This document shows positions 62,926 through 64,000 of a stretch of 64,000 nucleotides of DNA, in pieces (positions within the stretch are counted from its first letter, which is position 1; each line of letters opens with the position of its first letter). Source of the stretch: Podarcis cretensis (taxonomy: Eukaryota); contig OX638150.1 in NCBI GenBank assembly GCA_951804945.1, positions 40,114,001 through 40,178,000 of the forward strand, in the 5' to 3' direction. Position numbers and translations under genes: made by a program. Below the pieces are notes generated by a model. It ran no database searches, was not told where the DNA came from, and saw only the letters and a program-made list of their open reading frames with translations.

Positions 62926-63410
62926 GCTAATCCAGAATGCGGCAGCTAGACTGGTGACTGTGAGTGACCTCCGAGACCACATAACACTGGTCCTGAAAGA
63001 CCTGCATTGGCTCCCAGTGCGTTTCCTTGCACAATTCAAAGTGTTGGTGCTGACCTTTAAAACCCTAAATGGCCTCGGCCCAGTATACCTGAAGGAGTGT
63101 CTCCACCCCCATTGTTCAACCCGGACACTGAGGTCAGCTCGAAGGGCCTTCTGGCAGTTCCCTCATTGTGAGAAGTGACGTTACAGAAAACTAGGCAGAG
63201 GGCCTTCTTGGTAGTGGCACCCACCCTGTGGAATGCCCTCCCATCAGATGTGAAAGAAATAAGCAACTATCAGACTTTTAGAAGACATCTGAAGACAGCC
63301 CTGTTTAGGGAAGTTTTTAATATTGGATGAATTATTGTATTTTAATCTTGTGTTGGAAGCCGCCCAGAGTGGCTGGGGAAACCCAGCCAGATGGGCAGGG
63401 TATAAATAAA
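62926..63410 (+). mobile_element. 5'-truncated L2-clade LINE 3' end
   Basis: Translation LIQNAAARLVT....RDHIT.VLKDLHWLPVRF.AQFKVLVLTFK.LNGLGPVYLKE, then RAF.VVAPTLWNALP...F.RHLKT.LF. 3' UTR ends GGGTATAAATAAA. Confidence 0.9.
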
Positions 63411-63504
63411 TTTTTGTTTTGTCATGTCATCTGACGGGGCAGGGAACTCTTTGTGTTCTTCCATGGTTGCTCAGGACTGTCTCCTGTATTCCCTGGGTTT
63501 GCAG

Positions 63505-63644
63505 CAGGATGTAGCCAATGTGAAGCCCTCCAGCTGTTGTGGACTACAACTTCCACCCTTCCTCACTATTGGCTGTGGTGTGGTTGGGGATGATGGGAAT
63601 TTTAGTCCAAACATATGGAGAGCACACTGTGTTGGCTACTCCTG
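63505..63644. mobile_element. Palindromic hAT-type MITE
   Basis: TIR-like CAGGATGTAGCCAA / TTGGCTACTCCTG, internal inverted GGACTACAACTTCCA / TGGGAATTTTAGTCC, flanks TTTGCAG / TTTGTAG. Confidence 0.7.
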
Positions 63645-64000
63645 TTTGTAGGTGAGGTGTGGACCTTTCCATTGATGCTTTTTGTAGCTGCATGATTTTT
63701 GACTATTTGTATTGTGGCTGTTTGCTGGCTTTGTAAATTTCAAGGAATTTGGAAATGGCTTGTTCATATGGTTTATGCCAAGAGTTGGGAACCTGTAGCC
63801 ATCCAGAGAATGAATGCTGTCTGCAGTGAACATGACAAGTGGCTGGGGATTATGAGGATTATTGTCCAACAACATCTGGCCACAGTTCTCCATCCTTTCC
63901 TCAAGTGGTCTTGCATCTTCTCCAGCAGTTTTACCAAGGCTAGCATAGCAGGGTTGTATTTTTATTTTTTTGGATGGGGGAGTATATGGAATATTCCCTT

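Overview
Vertebrate genomic DNA, not prokaryotic. The repeat content (Sauria SINE, BovB, CR1, L2, hAT and Tc1/mariner MITEs) points to a squamate, probably a lacertid lizard. The window holds the last two coding exons of COX10 (heme O synthase; + strand, 14421-14653 and 26558-26964). After about 20 kb of intergenic sequence come the CpG-island promoter and first coding exon of HS3ST3B1 (heparan sulfate 3-O-sulfotransferase 3B1; + strand, 48160-48740), then its long first intron. This COX10-HS3ST3B1 order matches human 17p12. The rest is intron or intergenic DNA with transposon relics, microsatellites, three N gaps and probable regulatory elements. I found no convincing new multi-gene system. 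The best leads are: (i) a strong-Kozak upstream ORF overlapping the weaker-context HS3ST3B1 start codon; (ii) an acidic/Asn repeat insertion in the HS3ST3B1 stem; (iii) a roughly 10 kb CpG-retaining domain; (iv) a very young hAT MITE carrying GGGTTAGGG repeats; (v) an unexplained diverged ~160 bp duplication behind COX10; (vi) a MITE-derived hairpin of pre-miRNA size. Gene and repeat-family names rest on recalled sequence similarity, not on database searches.
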